Below the pieces are notes generated by a model that did no database searches, was not told the origin of the DNA, and saw only the letters and a list, made by a program, of their open reading frames with translations. Positions 36,442 through 48,124 of a stretch of 64,000 nt of DNA are shown in pieces. The stretch comes from Psammoneis japonica. Taxonomy: Eukaryota. Numbering within the stretch: the first letter of the stretch is position 1; each line of letters starts with the position of its first letter. The stretch spans positions 744,001-808,000 of the forward strand of contig QPGO01000011.1 in the NCBI GenBank assembly GCA_008632985.1, read 5' to 3'. The translations under genes and the position numbers were made by a program.

Positions 36442-36911
36442 GAGTCCCGACCAAGACTGGAAGAGAGACTCAAGACTCAAGTCGATGATGATTCTATGGA
36501 AGAACGTGCGCAGTACAAGCTAAAGAAGTGAAGTGAATCTGGAGAAGATGATTTGACAAGAACAGTTTGACAAGATCAAGAGAAAAATGAGTGGAAGTGA
36601 TTCACACAAAACAGAAGTAGAGAGAAGAGAGAAGAGAAAAGTTTTGCGTCAATTTTAGCGCTATCTGCTGGGAGTAGATAGCATCAAGTAGTTTTTTGGG
36701 TTGTCTAACAAACTTCTTCTTTGTATGCAAAAGATGCGGAGTTAAACACGAAAACATTGATTCATTCGACGAATCACGAAATGTTGACGCCGCTCGGGAC
36801 TCAAATCCATCCAAACGATGGGAGTCCTATCCTTCACTTCAAAACTTGAAGTCCTTCATCCTCGCTCTTTTCATTCTCAACAGCAGTGTCGACGACAATG
36901 GCAGTAAAACA

Positions 36912-38035
36912 ATGGCCTCTCTAATACGCCCAGGGATCATAGTTGAGTTTAAAGCCGACGGATCTAAAGCGCTATGTCTGGGAACGAATGAAGATGACCT
37001 TTTCGACCACAACGTGCTCATTAAACTGATTGAAGATCCGGGAGCGTCAGAGCCCCTGTCGGTCAAGAAAAGCGAGATTCGTTGCTGCGACGAGTTTGTA
37101 GATTTTGTATTCGATGAAGAATGGTGGATACCCGATGCAATCTTCAATTGTAATTCGTATGCGCATGAAATGGCCCGCAAAATCAATGTCAAAACCCTTT
37201 CTAGAGGAGACTCGCCCATGTGTCTTTGGATCAGTCTGTCGGATATCCGCCATGTGAGGAAGCTCAAAGGATTCGCGACAAACCAGCACGTTGTCCTGGA
37301 TGGTCTCAAAAATTCAACCGCGTTAAACGGCTGTGTTGGGAGAATCCTATCGAGTCGAAAAGGAGGTCGGTATGCAGTGAAGGTGGACGCCGGTGACGAA
37401 GATCCGGTATCCGTGAAGTGTGAGAACATTAGGCCTCTTTGTAGCCGAATGTGTTGTCATTTGCGATGCTTTGCCATCATGCACGCGTTCATTGTGGAGT
37501 TTGTTCAGTGTGCGGATGGAAAGGAATATTGTCGCATTTTCCAGGCGTACAAAGGGCGATACTCGGGTAAGGAGTGGTTGTCGAAGATGCATTGGATGGA
37601 CGAAAACGAAACAGCAGCTTTCTTCTCGGAGATGCAGAAACTGCAAGAAAAAGTGGCCGAGTTTATCAAAGACGACCTCATTGAAGAATTAATCATACCT
37701 GAAGGAGAGTCGGAAGTCGAGTGACCAAGGGATTCGCAGCGTCAATTACTGAAGCCTCATTGCAGTATGGTAGTGGAATGCTGTCAATCGGTGTTCAACC
37801 AGGGAAATGGGACACAGAATCGCTGCAAGAGTACGGCCAGAAATACGGGGGTTTGACACTCAGTAGCCAAGGAGGTGACCGAGACGTTTGCCTGTCATGG
37901 AGAGTCCAACCGTGGGCGGAAATACTCGCGATATCTGAAAGCCTTTTTGGTGGCTGTTCTCTCGATTTTCCTCTTGCCGCTCTTTGTGAGCAAGGCAGGG
38001 AATTCGCATGGAGTGAAATCAATTATACCTGCTGA
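36912..38035 (+). CDS. Hypothetical protein with an SH3-like 'GL..LNG..G..GRY.V..VK.EN' module; frame change near 37720
   Basis: ORF 36696..37724 (first plausible ATG at 36912) is overlapped by ORF 37721..38035; normal composition. Confidence 0.6.
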
Positions 38036-38109
38036 ACTCTATAAGTTCAGCAACCATGTCCGGACAGGACATAAGCTATACCCCCGAATATGTTGCAAAA
38101 TAACTCCTC

Positions 38110-38853
38110 CTAGTAAAACAAGTGTGGCAAGGGCATTACGGGATTGTAGTTCTTGACGTCGGTACAAATCGCAACCACGTTTCCATTCCGCCTGCTTTGC
38201 TTGTGGCGCCAATGCTTCAGTTCCTTCATGATGCTATCCTTGTCTGAACCATACAAGTGGCATAGATTGCGTCCCATACAACCCACACAAACCTTCTCCT
38301 GTGACGTAAAGCCGGTCTGAGCCACCAAATAATGATCATATTCGTAGTCCATATCAAATTCAACGCCACACTGCTTGCAAGGGTTCTTGTGCCTACCTCG
38401 AATGCTCTTGCATTCATAGACACAATTGTTGAACCATTCTTCCACTTTGAGATTGTCGACACCACGGCAGAAACGTGATCCATCTCTCATTCTGCAACGA
38501 GCTCGATTGTACAGCTCCAGAGCCAGCATGAAGGTAAGGTCGTCGTCAAAGCGATGCTGAACAGCTCTAGCGCGTGCCTGTAACTGACCCAATTTACCAT
38601 AAGGTGTCTTTTCTTTCTCAGTGTCGTAATCGAACAGTTCCGTCTGGTCACTGTCGTCTGATGAAGGGTCGTCCTTTGCTTCTTCAGTCTTGACGGCGAC
38701 AGCCTCCTCATCCACCCCGGCTGGGGACTTTTTGTCATTTTCGCTTGCAACCACTTTCGACTCATCAGACTCGTCAATTCGAGCACGCTTGGGAGATGAG
38801 GGTCCTTCATGGTCCTTCTCCGGGTTGACCGTTGCTGCAACGACGCCGCTCAT
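38110..38853 (-). CDS. Hypothetical protein, acidic N-terminus with NLS-like PKRAR and C-terminal CxxC pairs
   Basis: ORF from MSGVVAATV; motifs CKQC and CVGC; normal Tyr content. Confidence 0.65.
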   Translation of the reverse strand: MSGVVAATVNPEKDHEGPSSPKRARIDESDESKVVASENDKKSPAGVDEEAVAVKTEEAKDDPSSDDSDQTELFDYDTEKEKTPYGKLGQLQARARAVQHRFDDDLTFMLALELYNRARCRMRDGSRFCRGVDNLKVEEWFNNCVYECKSIRGRHKNPCKQCGVEFDMDYEYDHYLVAQTGFTSQEKVCVGCMGRNLCHLYGSDKDSIMKELKHWRHKQSRRNGNVVAICTDVKNYNPVMPLPHLFY

Positions 38854-38949
38854 GATGTCATTGCTTCGTCGACGGTTTGGAGGTTTAGGTTGCAGTACGA
38901 AAAAAAAGAAAATTCGCACCGGCGCCAAGCGCGAAGAGCGCGCCGCAAT

Positions 38950-40380
38950 GGCAAACCACAGACATGCTGACATGCAGACTTTTTGCAGCCAGCAGCTGGC
39001 AGGAGATGCGCCCCAAACTTTCTTGAGGCAATCCAGCAGAAATCCGAGCCACAAACAGGGACGAATGGCGATGACTCAAACATGGGTGATGACAAAAAAT
39101 GACCAGCAGCCAGCAGTGCACTCGAGAAACACAGTGTGTGAAAAATGGGTGCAACACATTGCTTTTTTTTTTCTCCTCAGCACAACTCTGTCTCCCGCCA
39201 ATTTTTGCTGAAACAAAGGTTCAGATGGAAGCCATCAATTGCAGCTGACTCATTGGTGCCCTAAACAATGGATTTTTTGCTGTGAAAAATGGCTTGGCTT
39301 TGCACCCGTCTTTCCATCTCACCCATCTTGTGCGCCCTCTTGCATCCTCATCATCAAACCCAAGTTTTTCAGATGGCGAAGGTGTTTTGTGCAGAGTTTT
39401 TCTTTGGGCCATCCTGTGGAGGGCAGGGTGGTAAAATGTTGTGCCCCAAATTCAACAGCCCCCCTTGTGTGTGGCTCATCTGCATCTGCTGAGTGTGGCA
39501 AGTTGCAAGACTCTTGACGACATTTTTGGCCTTTGACAATTTCAAGCGCCGCCTCAGTGGTTTTGGTTGTTGACCAGCCTCGCACGATCAAGATGAGAGT
39601 GCATGAGGAAAGAATGCAGACAGGGATCCTCATTGCACCCAAGCTTGGATTGGATGGAGACATTGATGGCCAGAGCACATGTGCCTTTTCTTTGGGATGT
39701 TGAGCCTGGTGCTGCTCAGAGCTGCTGGCAACTGAAACTTTGTTGAGTTTCTTGAGTGCAAGGGATGTTTTCCTGCTCCACTTGTGCCAGACCATCAGAG
39801 GCCTCTTCAGCCTCTTCTCACTTTTCCAGCTTTGTTGAGACAGGTTGTGACTGGCACACCAAGCAGAGCAAGCAAAGTTTGAAATCTCTTTTCTCCCACT
39901 TGCTCTCCTCCCCTGCATTTTGTTTTTTTGGGGCACGTGCTCACACACCATCCAGTTGGCCAAGGGAGCTGCCAGCGGTGTGAGCAAGCAAAGCAGCATG
40001 CTGCTGGGTCTCCTCTTTGTGCAGGAGATTGAGGGAGCGAATGGCAAAAGAACCCCTTGGCATGGTGATGTGCCGTGTTCCAAAGCATTGACCCTGCAAT
40101 GTGACATGCCATGCAGCCATCACTGTTGTGGAGCTGGTGTGGCTCAGATCATCAGCACCCAGCCAAGATGCAGAGGATTTTTCCTTTGGGCCTTCACTTC
40201 GTGCTCGATGAGGGAGACCCTCCCCCTCATCCTGCGGAAGAGCGAGTGGGGGCAGGGTAAAATGTCTTGCCCAACCCACTCCCTTGCATGACTCATCTGC
40301 ATCTGCCAAATGTGGTGAGTTGTGAGACTCTTAATGGCATCTGTCTCAGTGGTGACTGCAGCAGGCTCACAAGATCAAGA
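38950..40380. other. TpA/CpG-depleted degenerate island
   Basis: Near absence of TA over 1.4 kb between two intact genes. Confidence 0.7.
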
Positions 40381-40577
40381 CAAGTAAGTGCACGCGAACG
40401 AAGGCAGATTCAGCGACACTGCAGACGGATCCTGCGTCTGCGTGCGTGCGTGGATCTTGATGCCCTCACAATGATGGTGTTCAACGTTGTCGCTGTGATG
40501 CAAAGCCAAGCACAGATCTAAACGCAAGCATACCGCCTGATCCTTCTCATACGAACACTTTTCTTTAACTCTGTACA

Positions 40578-41393
40578 ATGTCTGGAGCAGCAGCGGCCGC
40601 GAACGGTGCTGCGTCACTTGTCATAAAGGATTTCAGCTCCTCTGTCGGCCAATATTTTGGATCCGTTCGAGTACCAGCTTCCTTTTTGGTGGGTGCTAGT
40701 TTTTCGGGGCTCTTCGCACTTCCAGTCAAGGACGACGATGATGAGCGCTATACGCCAATGGATTTGAAGCTCAGAAGTGCCTATCATTTGTCGATTGCTC
40801 TCTGCTTCTTCATGGCTGTGAACGTTGTGATTCTTTGCACGGCGGCCTTGACCAAGAACTTGGCGGGAGGATTTGACCCCATGGCTTCTTCAGGATACCG
40901 GCTACTGAACCGTGAATTTCACTACGAATTTGTCATGACGAGATGGTCCTTTTTCGTGTCACTATTTTCCTTCTTGGGGGCAGTGACGAATAGGATTCTG
41001 TTTGAGTACAAACTCTTTTCAACGCAAGGCAAATATGCCATGAGAAGAAAGCGAATCGGAATTGCTGTTTGTCTTTGGGCGTCAGCACTAGCGTTGCATC
41101 TGACTTCTTTTATCAATTCTACACTTTACTGCTGGGAGAATCTGCTACATATGACATGGGACCTCATCAAGGTAAGGAAAAGCAAACGTCTGACACGGTG
41201 GATTATAGTGGCGTTTCTCGCATGTTCTGTAGTCGTACATGTTCTCACCTGCAGCGCCTCTTCCTGCCTTTCCAAAATGATGCTAATCTAGATCATTTAC
41301 AATCGAGGATCCTTCTCACGGCCGCTGGAACCGATATCCGCAATCATGACGATTGTTGGCATTATCTACGTTGTTTCCGGATTGAATTCATAA
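40578..41393 (+). CDS. Multi-pass membrane protein of unknown function; intron 41172-41291
   Basis: 4-5 hydrophobic helices. GTAAGG donor and CTAATCTAG branch/acceptor give an in-frame last exon IIYNRGSFSRPLEP...GLNS*. Confidence 0.75.
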
Positions 41394-41810
41394 GCACAAC
41401 ACATAATATGGAGAACAACTCTACTACATCTCTCTGTTTTCATTGTCTCCTTACCGTTCGTCGAAACAAAAGTAGTAATGCAAGACCCTTACAGTATCCA
41501 CACGCAATCGCCAGAAGGAGTCGAACAAAGTAATAGGATTCGGAAACTGTAAAAATAGATTGTACAGCACCTTGAAACTAACAAAGACATAATGAAACCG
41601 GGATGTTTTAGGTGTTATAAGCTATAGAAGTCCCTGACTTCATACGGTAACACAAACATCTCTGTTTGCCCGTTCCAAAGTCAGTCATGCCATACCTAGA
41701 CTGAAGCATAAACGGGAACAGTGGACGCCGTCTGCATGAATAGTTTACAAAGCAAGTAGTAGCTTGAGCCCTGCACGCTAGGCAGCAAGTCATACCCGAG
41801 GAGCGCAATC

Positions 41811-44312
41811 TCAATAGGGACCAAACGACTCTGCAGCCTGTGGTTGAGCCGGAGGAATGCTGCCATCAAGAATAGTCTTCACGGAATCAGCGCTCATCTC
41901 TTGAAAGATTGACAGACCTCGACGGTGATTGGGCTTATCAACGGAACTAGATGGCCTCGTTTCAGGCGGAGGTGTAGCACGGTGCTGGTCGATTACCACA
42001 CAGGTTTCAGGTGGCTGAGACGAGTTCGTTGCAGATCCCACACGTGGCTTTCGTCCAGCGCCAGAGACGGTTCCATGGACATTGTCATGGTGCTTCTTGC
42101 ACATTCCCGAAAGGATTGCCTGCTTTGGACATCCTTCCACTTTGCACATTCTCTTCTTCGCCCCATGTTGAATACATTTGCCGCCTTGCACAGCCACCTT
42201 TGTACAACCTGGCGCATCGCAACGCTTCCGAGCGGGTCCGTGCGCGCTGCACATTCCAGCCTTCTTTACGTTCTTGGTACATCCCGGGTACTTGCACGTC
42301 TTTCGCTTGGCCCCGTGAGAAATACAAAGCCCGCCTTGAACCACACGGTTGGGACAGTCCGCTACTGTACACTTGCGTCGAATGCGCTTGCTTGTTCCGC
42401 CCGGAGCAAGAGTTCGAGCCCCGCCCTGCTTGGGATAAGGTTCAGCGGACGAATCGGCAGGGCGCGGAGCATTGTAAGCCACATTGTGGTGCTGGGGCGG
42501 AGGCGGAGCAGCATACCGTGGAGCAGGTTGAGGTACAAATGTTTGCGTCGATTGGCCACCAACCGACATGTTTGACTGCTGGAGGCTCTGTAGAAAAGGA
42601 TCATTTTCATCCAACCCATTGAGAAAAGACACGGAAGAAGATGTAACTCTGTGGTGAACTGGACGACCTGGAGCAGGAGGCTTACCCTCAGCTGGGGCTT
42701 CTGGAAACAAGGTATTGCTAACAATTCCACTCAAACTTGAAAAAGATGATAGCTTTCGATGGTGCCCAACAGTGGAAGGGATCGATCGAGGAGTTTCATT
42801 CATACGCTGTGGAGCCGTCGGCTGGATTGTCTTGCGGTCTTCCCCGACGCTAAGCGCAGTCACGTGCGTTTGCACTCCCGTCGTAGTCCCTCGAGGCACA
42901 GGCCTTTCCCAATGGTTCGGAGGAGGGCCCATTGGGTGAGAAGCGCTGCCCGAAGCAAACAGTCGCTCGTCAGTTTCAATCCTTTCGTTATTGGAAACTA
43001 CGCTGGGAGATGGTTGGCGCCCGCTAGATCCCGTTGGGGCTTCTCCCGACATTGGAGGTTGAGGCTTATGGTAGGGATCGTGACCGCCACTTTGAGGCTG
43101 AGCATACTGGACAGGATACGAAGTCGCCGGGCTCGGAGCTACTCCAGGGTGGTAATAGTGTGGGGGTGGGTAGTAGGGGTGCGGAGGATAGTGACCTGGA
43201 GGATATTGGTACCCCATATGAGGTGGATGTGCCGGAGGATAGTGCCCGCTATCACCTGCGGGTGGGTATGAAGCCGGAGCAGCGACAGAGTGCTGCACGG
43301 GATAATTGTAGGAACTCGAGCTTTCAGCCACCGGCGGTGAAGCGCGAGGAGTAGTGTGTCCGCTGGGATGTTGAGGCTCAGCTGGAGCCTCCCACGAAGT
43401 CGAAGGAGGACCTTGGCGACCACGTGGGCCCGCAACTCGCGCCAACTCTTCCTTCGAGACATCTTCCATCGCTGCAGCGGTGAGCATATCCAACCCTGCA
43501 GAATCTTCCCTCTGATGACGCCGACCACCATCAGCTGCCGTCCGGTTTTGCTGCGGTCCATTGTAGTGCTGTTGGTAGTATCCTCCATATCGTCGATCTA
43601 TCAGAGCGGAATTCCCAATGGAGTTAATTCGTCGATGAGCATGCGCAGGACTTTGCATATCACCAGAAAGGACGCGCTGATGCTTTGTTCCAACCTCTAC
43701 CGCCGGAGAAACCGGAGGTGGCTGATTCGCATCAATGGGTGTCGGAAGAGCTCCTTCTGAAGCCGGCGGTGCGCTTGAAGAGAAAGGCGACGGCAAGCTC
43801 GACAAGGAAGGCTGCTTCGAGTGCAGAGAAGTGGCCTGTTGAACGGGAAACGTTTCTTGGTTGGATTCCTCGGAGATCTTTGCAGCATCGAAGAAGTGTG
43901 CAGACAAGTTTCGAGAGTGAGTGCGGGGTTGTTCGACCTCTTTCGATGGCGACAATCGTTGTTCTACGCTTTGATTCGACTGATGATCGTCTTCATCCGA
44001 ACGACTTTGAGTGTCCTGGTTGCTTGATCTTGGACTCGTATCATCTTCCGGGCCTGGTTCTCCGCCCCCAGATTGTCTTGCAGGATTTTCTTCAGCGTCG
44101 AAGGATGGCTCAACGACAAAAGTACGAACGTCACCATCCGCTGTCGTTTCAACTTTGTAAAGGTCGCGACTTCTTGGCATGGACTGTGGATTCTCCTGTG
44201 GCTTGTTCTCTGCGTGAGATGGCGGCATTGCTGAGCAAGACATCATATACTCGCCTACTGGGATGAGTTGCGAATGCTTTGTCGAATTGCTAGTCGTTTT
44301 GCCTTGCTTCAC
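41811..44312 (-). CDS. WRKY19-like zinc-finger repeat protein (putative transcription factor); start codon uncertain
   Basis: Four C-x4-C-x8-C-x2-H repeats (CTVADCPNRVVQGGLCISHG etc.) after a long P/S/Q-rich disordered region. Confidence 0.85.
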   Translation of the reverse strand: MKQGKTTSNSTKHSQLIPVGEYMMSCSAMPPSHAENKPQENPQSMPRSRDLYKVETTADGDVRTFVVEPSFDAEENPARQSGGGEPGPEDDTSPRSSNQDTQSRSDEDDHQSNQSVEQRLSPSKEVEQPRTHSRNLSAHFFDAAKISEESNQETFPVQQATSLHSKQPSLSSLPSPFSSSAPPASEGALPTPIDANQPPPVSPAVEVGTKHQRVLSGDMQSPAHAHRRINSIGNSALIDRRYGGYYQQHYNGPQQNRTAADGGRRHQREDSAGLDMLTAAAMEDVSKEELARVAGPRGRQGPPSTSWEAPAEPQHPSGHTTPRASPPVAESSSSYNYPVQHSVAAPASYPPAGDSGHYPPAHPPHMGYQYPPGHYPPHPYYPPPHYYHPGVAPSPATSYPVQYAQPQSGGHDPYHKPQPPMSGEAPTGSSGRQPSPSVVSNNERIETDERLFASGSASHPMGPPPNHWERPVPRGTTTGVQTHVTALSVGEDRKTIQPTAPQRMNETPRSIPSTVGHHRKLSSFSSLSGIVSNTLFPEAPAEGKPPAPGRPVHHRVTSSSVSFLNGLDENDPFLQSLQQSNMSVGGQSTQTFVPQPAPRYAAPPPPQHHNVAYNAPRPADSSAEPYPKQGGARTLAPGGTSKRIRRKCTVADCPNRVVQGGLCISHGAKRKTCKYPGCTKNVKKAGMCSAHGPARKRCDAPGCTKVAVQGGKCIQHGAKKRMCKVEGCPKQAILSGMCKKHHDNVHGTVSGAGRKPRVGSATNSSQPPETCVVIDQHRATPPPETRPSSSVDKPNHRRGLSIFQEMSADSVKTILDGSIPPAQPQAAESFGPY

Positions 44313-45423
44313 AAGTTTTATGATCCGCCACGGAAATTATGAAAGATTTCAAGTGCTTTCTCGACAGCAGAATCAATCAATTGAATTCAAATCGAGAGAA
44401 CTCCACGCTAGTCACTGCAGAATATTATTTCGGCGACAGAAATCGTGAGCTTTGAAGCGAAATCCTGATGTTATGAGACTGTCAACGGAAATAAGAAAAT
44501 TCGGCTTTCACAATAAAGCGTGGAGAAAGGTGCTACCGATAATAAAGAATCTGTCACACATGCATCGAGCACACACAGAACGTTCGAGCTCAAGATAAAA
44601 TGTGACCGGCCTTCATTGTGCCCAAGCGTTCTCATGAAACTCCGACAGCCAACAATTGCGCCCCCGTAGAGAATATACTGAAAACTACGTGGTTGGCCAG
44701 CGCGGCAAAATATTTTCCAACGGACAAGGACCCACGTCAGCATTGCCGGCGTAGAATCTACGAAATTCAGTACTGACCACAGACGGAATCTTTCTACCGG
44801 TATGTTTGCAGCTCAGGCAAAGATTCCTTTTCTCTGCGCATCCCGTCGCGTCGATGACGAGAAGGAAGGAACGCAGAGTCTCATTCTCAACCCCAATTCC
44901 AGTCATGACAATACTCTCGTCGTTATGAATTTAGGAGACGCATCATGCTGAACTCACCTGGTGTGAAATTCTGTTTGCAAACAATGGTGCGCTCCTTGCC
45001 GTCGTCTTCTTCGATGGGCGCAAAGAATTTGCTCGATGAATGAAAAAAATGAAGGGCAGTATCAGATTTTTGTACATATAAACATATAAATTATATACAT
45101 GAAAATTCGACTCCGAACAACCGAATCGTGGGTTCGCAGCATTTAACGGCTGCCATGACCCCGGTCGTGAGCGAAAATTTTACTGTACTTTTGTTGATGA
45201 ATGAGCCCATACGATTTATTTCTTTCCCAACATGGCCAAGCTACCTACTCTCCAAATACTTCCGCTTTCTCTCTAGAGCGGTACTGCAGACCCTACTGTA
45301 TTTATTTACTCTCTAGCTCAGGCATCTTCGAATGTGACTGACTGAGTGACTGACTCTAAAATTGTAGCCATCTAATTCATTTCCAGCATTTATCAACCAA
45401 CTATTAACATGAATGGTTTATGT

Positions 45424-46617
45424 TTAGTCTTTTAACTTCGTTTGGGAAATCATAGTTCCATCTAGCAACTCTGGCATACCATTTGTTCCGCCTTGGCCAT
45501 TATTGTTCGCCATCACTATGTTCACCAATGCACGGCCGACGCTCGACAATGAAGTGGATTTTCGCCGCAGAGCCTTCCACTGAGAGTGTCTGAGTTCGGA
45601 TACATACAGCATATCCAGAAGACTTTCATTGTTTGTACGAGGAGTCAAGTTGAAGCTCGCAGAGTTCTGATTATGATCATCTTGTTCACTTGTAGAGATC
45701 TCCTTCCCAGCTTGAGGAGACTCGTCGTCCTCGTAAGCAGAAAATCGTGGAAGTGATAACAAAGATTCCTCCAATGGCGGCGACGGCAAGTAGCGTTGGT
45801 TAGCAGGAGCCTGCGTTTTTCGTTTGGCGGTCTCTTGCGAAATATTTACAGGATCATCCTCACATGTTTCCTGTGTCGTTACGGTGCCTTCATAATTACG
45901 ATTGGAAACTTGATGTCGAAACAGTCTTCGTCTGCCCTTGGGTATCAGCGATGGCTCACCGTCGTTTGATCGTTTGCGTTTCACAACTGAAAGGAATCTT
46001 TCGCCACTCTCTTGTTCACCAAGTTCATGACATTCGCTTTGCTGGGAATCATTATCCGTTTGGTCCGGGCTGCAACCTTGCGTGTTGATTGCGGGCTCGC
46101 TGCAGCTAGAATCTTCATCTTCCTCTCGAATAATCTCTTGAGAATTTGTCGGCGCCGGTTTTTTGGCAGTCTCAGGTGTTACAAGGTTCGAATTATTAAC
46201 GAATCGAAATTGAAACTTCATCCACGGCACTGATTTTGATGATTCTTGTTGAAACGAAAGTACATCGCCATAGCAAACAGGTATTCCTGAAGAGCTATGA
46301 GACGTTGACATCTCTGAAACTACAGTGCCATTTAAAAACATGCACTGGCTATTCTTCCCAATGATATGCATGCAATTGTTCTCAATCTGCACCATGGACT
46401 TGGATAGGAATTTGGCATTTGCACAAAGCGCTTGGCAATGTTGACATCTCGTCCGCCTTCGACGTCGTCCTCTGATGCGTGTGTTGCGTCGGCGATGACA
46501 GCAACTCGTTAGCCACCAAGTGACCAGCTCGACTCGACCCAAGTTTAAAGGTAAGGGTCTTCCTACGTTAGAGCCATTCGGAGTTAATGGTACCAGCTGA
46601 AGAGCAGGCGGCTTCAT
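45424..46617 (-). CDS. Hypothetical protein with a possible N-terminal FHA-like domain
   Basis: 397-aa ORF with pattern LGR...LSK...KN..FLNG...GDVLSF, followed by a disordered region. Confidence 0.6.
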   Translation of the reverse strand: MKPPALQLVPLTPNGSNVGRPLPLNLGRVELVTWWLTSCCHRRRNTRIRGRRRRRTRCQHCQALCANAKFLSKSMVQIENNCMHIIGKNSQCMFLNGTVVSEMSTSHSSSGIPVCYGDVLSFQQESSKSVPWMKFQFRFVNNSNLVTPETAKKPAPTNSQEIIREEDEDSSCSEPAINTQGCSPDQTDNDSQQSECHELGEQESGERFLSVVKRKRSNDGEPSLIPKGRRRLFRHQVSNRNYEGTVTTQETCEDDPVNISQETAKRKTQAPANQRYLPSPPLEESLLSLPRFSAYEDDESPQAGKEISTSEQDDHNQNSASFNLTPRTNNESLLDMLYVSELRHSQWKALRRKSTSLSSVGRALVNIVMANNNGQGGTNGMPELLDGTMISQTKLKD

Positions 46618-47039
46618 GCTGATTTCGCGGGGTGGAGTCTATTCGTAGCTGATGTTTCTGTGGTCGGCTTTGTACATTTAAGAAGTCGACTTTCTCGACA
46701 TCGCGTCAATCCCTCTCGTTGTCTTAGAAACGATTGAATTTACTGAGGACTCACCTTATCAACGGCTTTACGCCGCTGTTGAACATCATGGTGTGCCACA
46801 CGTTTAGACTGAGTTCGCGTTTTCGCTAAAAATCTTCGCTTCATTCGTTCATTCGTTCAGCCTCCCGCCAAAACGTCTGTCCGTCCCTCCCTATCATTTC
46901 AGAATGGACCCCTCGCCACCCTCACACAACAGTGATGAGGGGTGAGGAAAATCATCCAGATCCCGATGAAGGTGGGATCCCAGTTCTGTTTACAGAACAG
47001 TGGAAAGTAATTGCTGCTCTCCAAAGTGTGGACTAAATG

Positions 47040-47690
47040 GCAGGCAGCAACAAAACAGGGTCAAGGCTGGAGTTGGCGACAACAGGAAGAAGGTGGTGCT
47101 GCTGGGTGTCGCGGGGGGAAGCAACAAAATCGCCCCCCTCTCTCACACACAGAATTGTTGCTGTGCTCTTTTGGCTGTGTGCTGGGGTGTCATTGTGGCA
47201 TTGGCAGCATCATCCACTTGGTCCAGCCAGAGAACCATGTCTTGTTCCACCCAGCTCTGCAGCACAAAGTGCCAAACGCCAACGTGGCAGGCCTGCTGCT
47301 CTGCACCTTTTTTTGCACACAAAGGAAAGCCAGCCACCAGCAGCCAGCTGCAGCAGTGCTGCCCTTGCAAATGACCAGCACAGCCTGCATTTGAGATGCA
47401 CACAATTTGCCAAGATAAAAATGAAAGCAAAGAGGGGTTTTGCCAGATGCCAGCCACGGCGAGCTGGGCTCAGAAGCATGGTTGGCAGGCCAGGTTTTGT
47501 GCACACACACAATGAGCTCCTCCTCCTGCCAAAAACACACACAAGAAGCAAGAAGAAGAAGAAGGTGCATTGTCAAAATCTTGAGGGGCTGCTTCAGAGT
47601 GAGAATTCATTTTGGAGTCACTTGGCAGCAAACCTGCTGAGCAATGTCCGTTGAACGCGTTCTGGGGCGTGCTCTGATTGGCCGGTGGCA
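47040..47690. other. TpA/CpG-depleted degenerate island
   Basis: TG/CA-rich with almost no TA; spurious overlapping ORFs. Confidence 0.65.
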
Positions 47691-48124
47691 AGGAACACAC
47701 CCTAAAATTCCGTCCATGCTGGTAGCTTCAAAACTTCAAACACTGCTGCGTGCGTCTGAAATCGTGACAAATCGCCTGTCTGTCCCTACCTTCGCTGAAA
47801 TACCATGGGGTACCTGCCTACTACCTACTGAACCTGCCAACAAATCAACAAACAACCCAAACAGTCAGAAAAGTGAGCAGCCATGACGCGATGCAAGATG
47901 ACAGTAGCGCTCCCCGCACCCACGGTGGTGGCGTTTCGTTTCATATCCCATCGATTTTGAAAGAGAATCACTGGAGATATTTGAATGAGAAAGATCTTCT
48001 CCCTTTTAGACGACAAGGGTGTGTGCTACCGGGTGTATGAAGAATTATTTTTTCATTACGCAGTCTCGGGTCTCGATTATAGAGATCCTTGACAAGAGAA
48101 TAAAACGAAGAAAAAGCCCCAACA

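Noticed and set aside
46908..46980. Two imperfect hairpins near the 47-kb island as a Helitron end or structured RNA
   Set aside because: Short imperfect stems, no adjacent CTRR terminus or other support.
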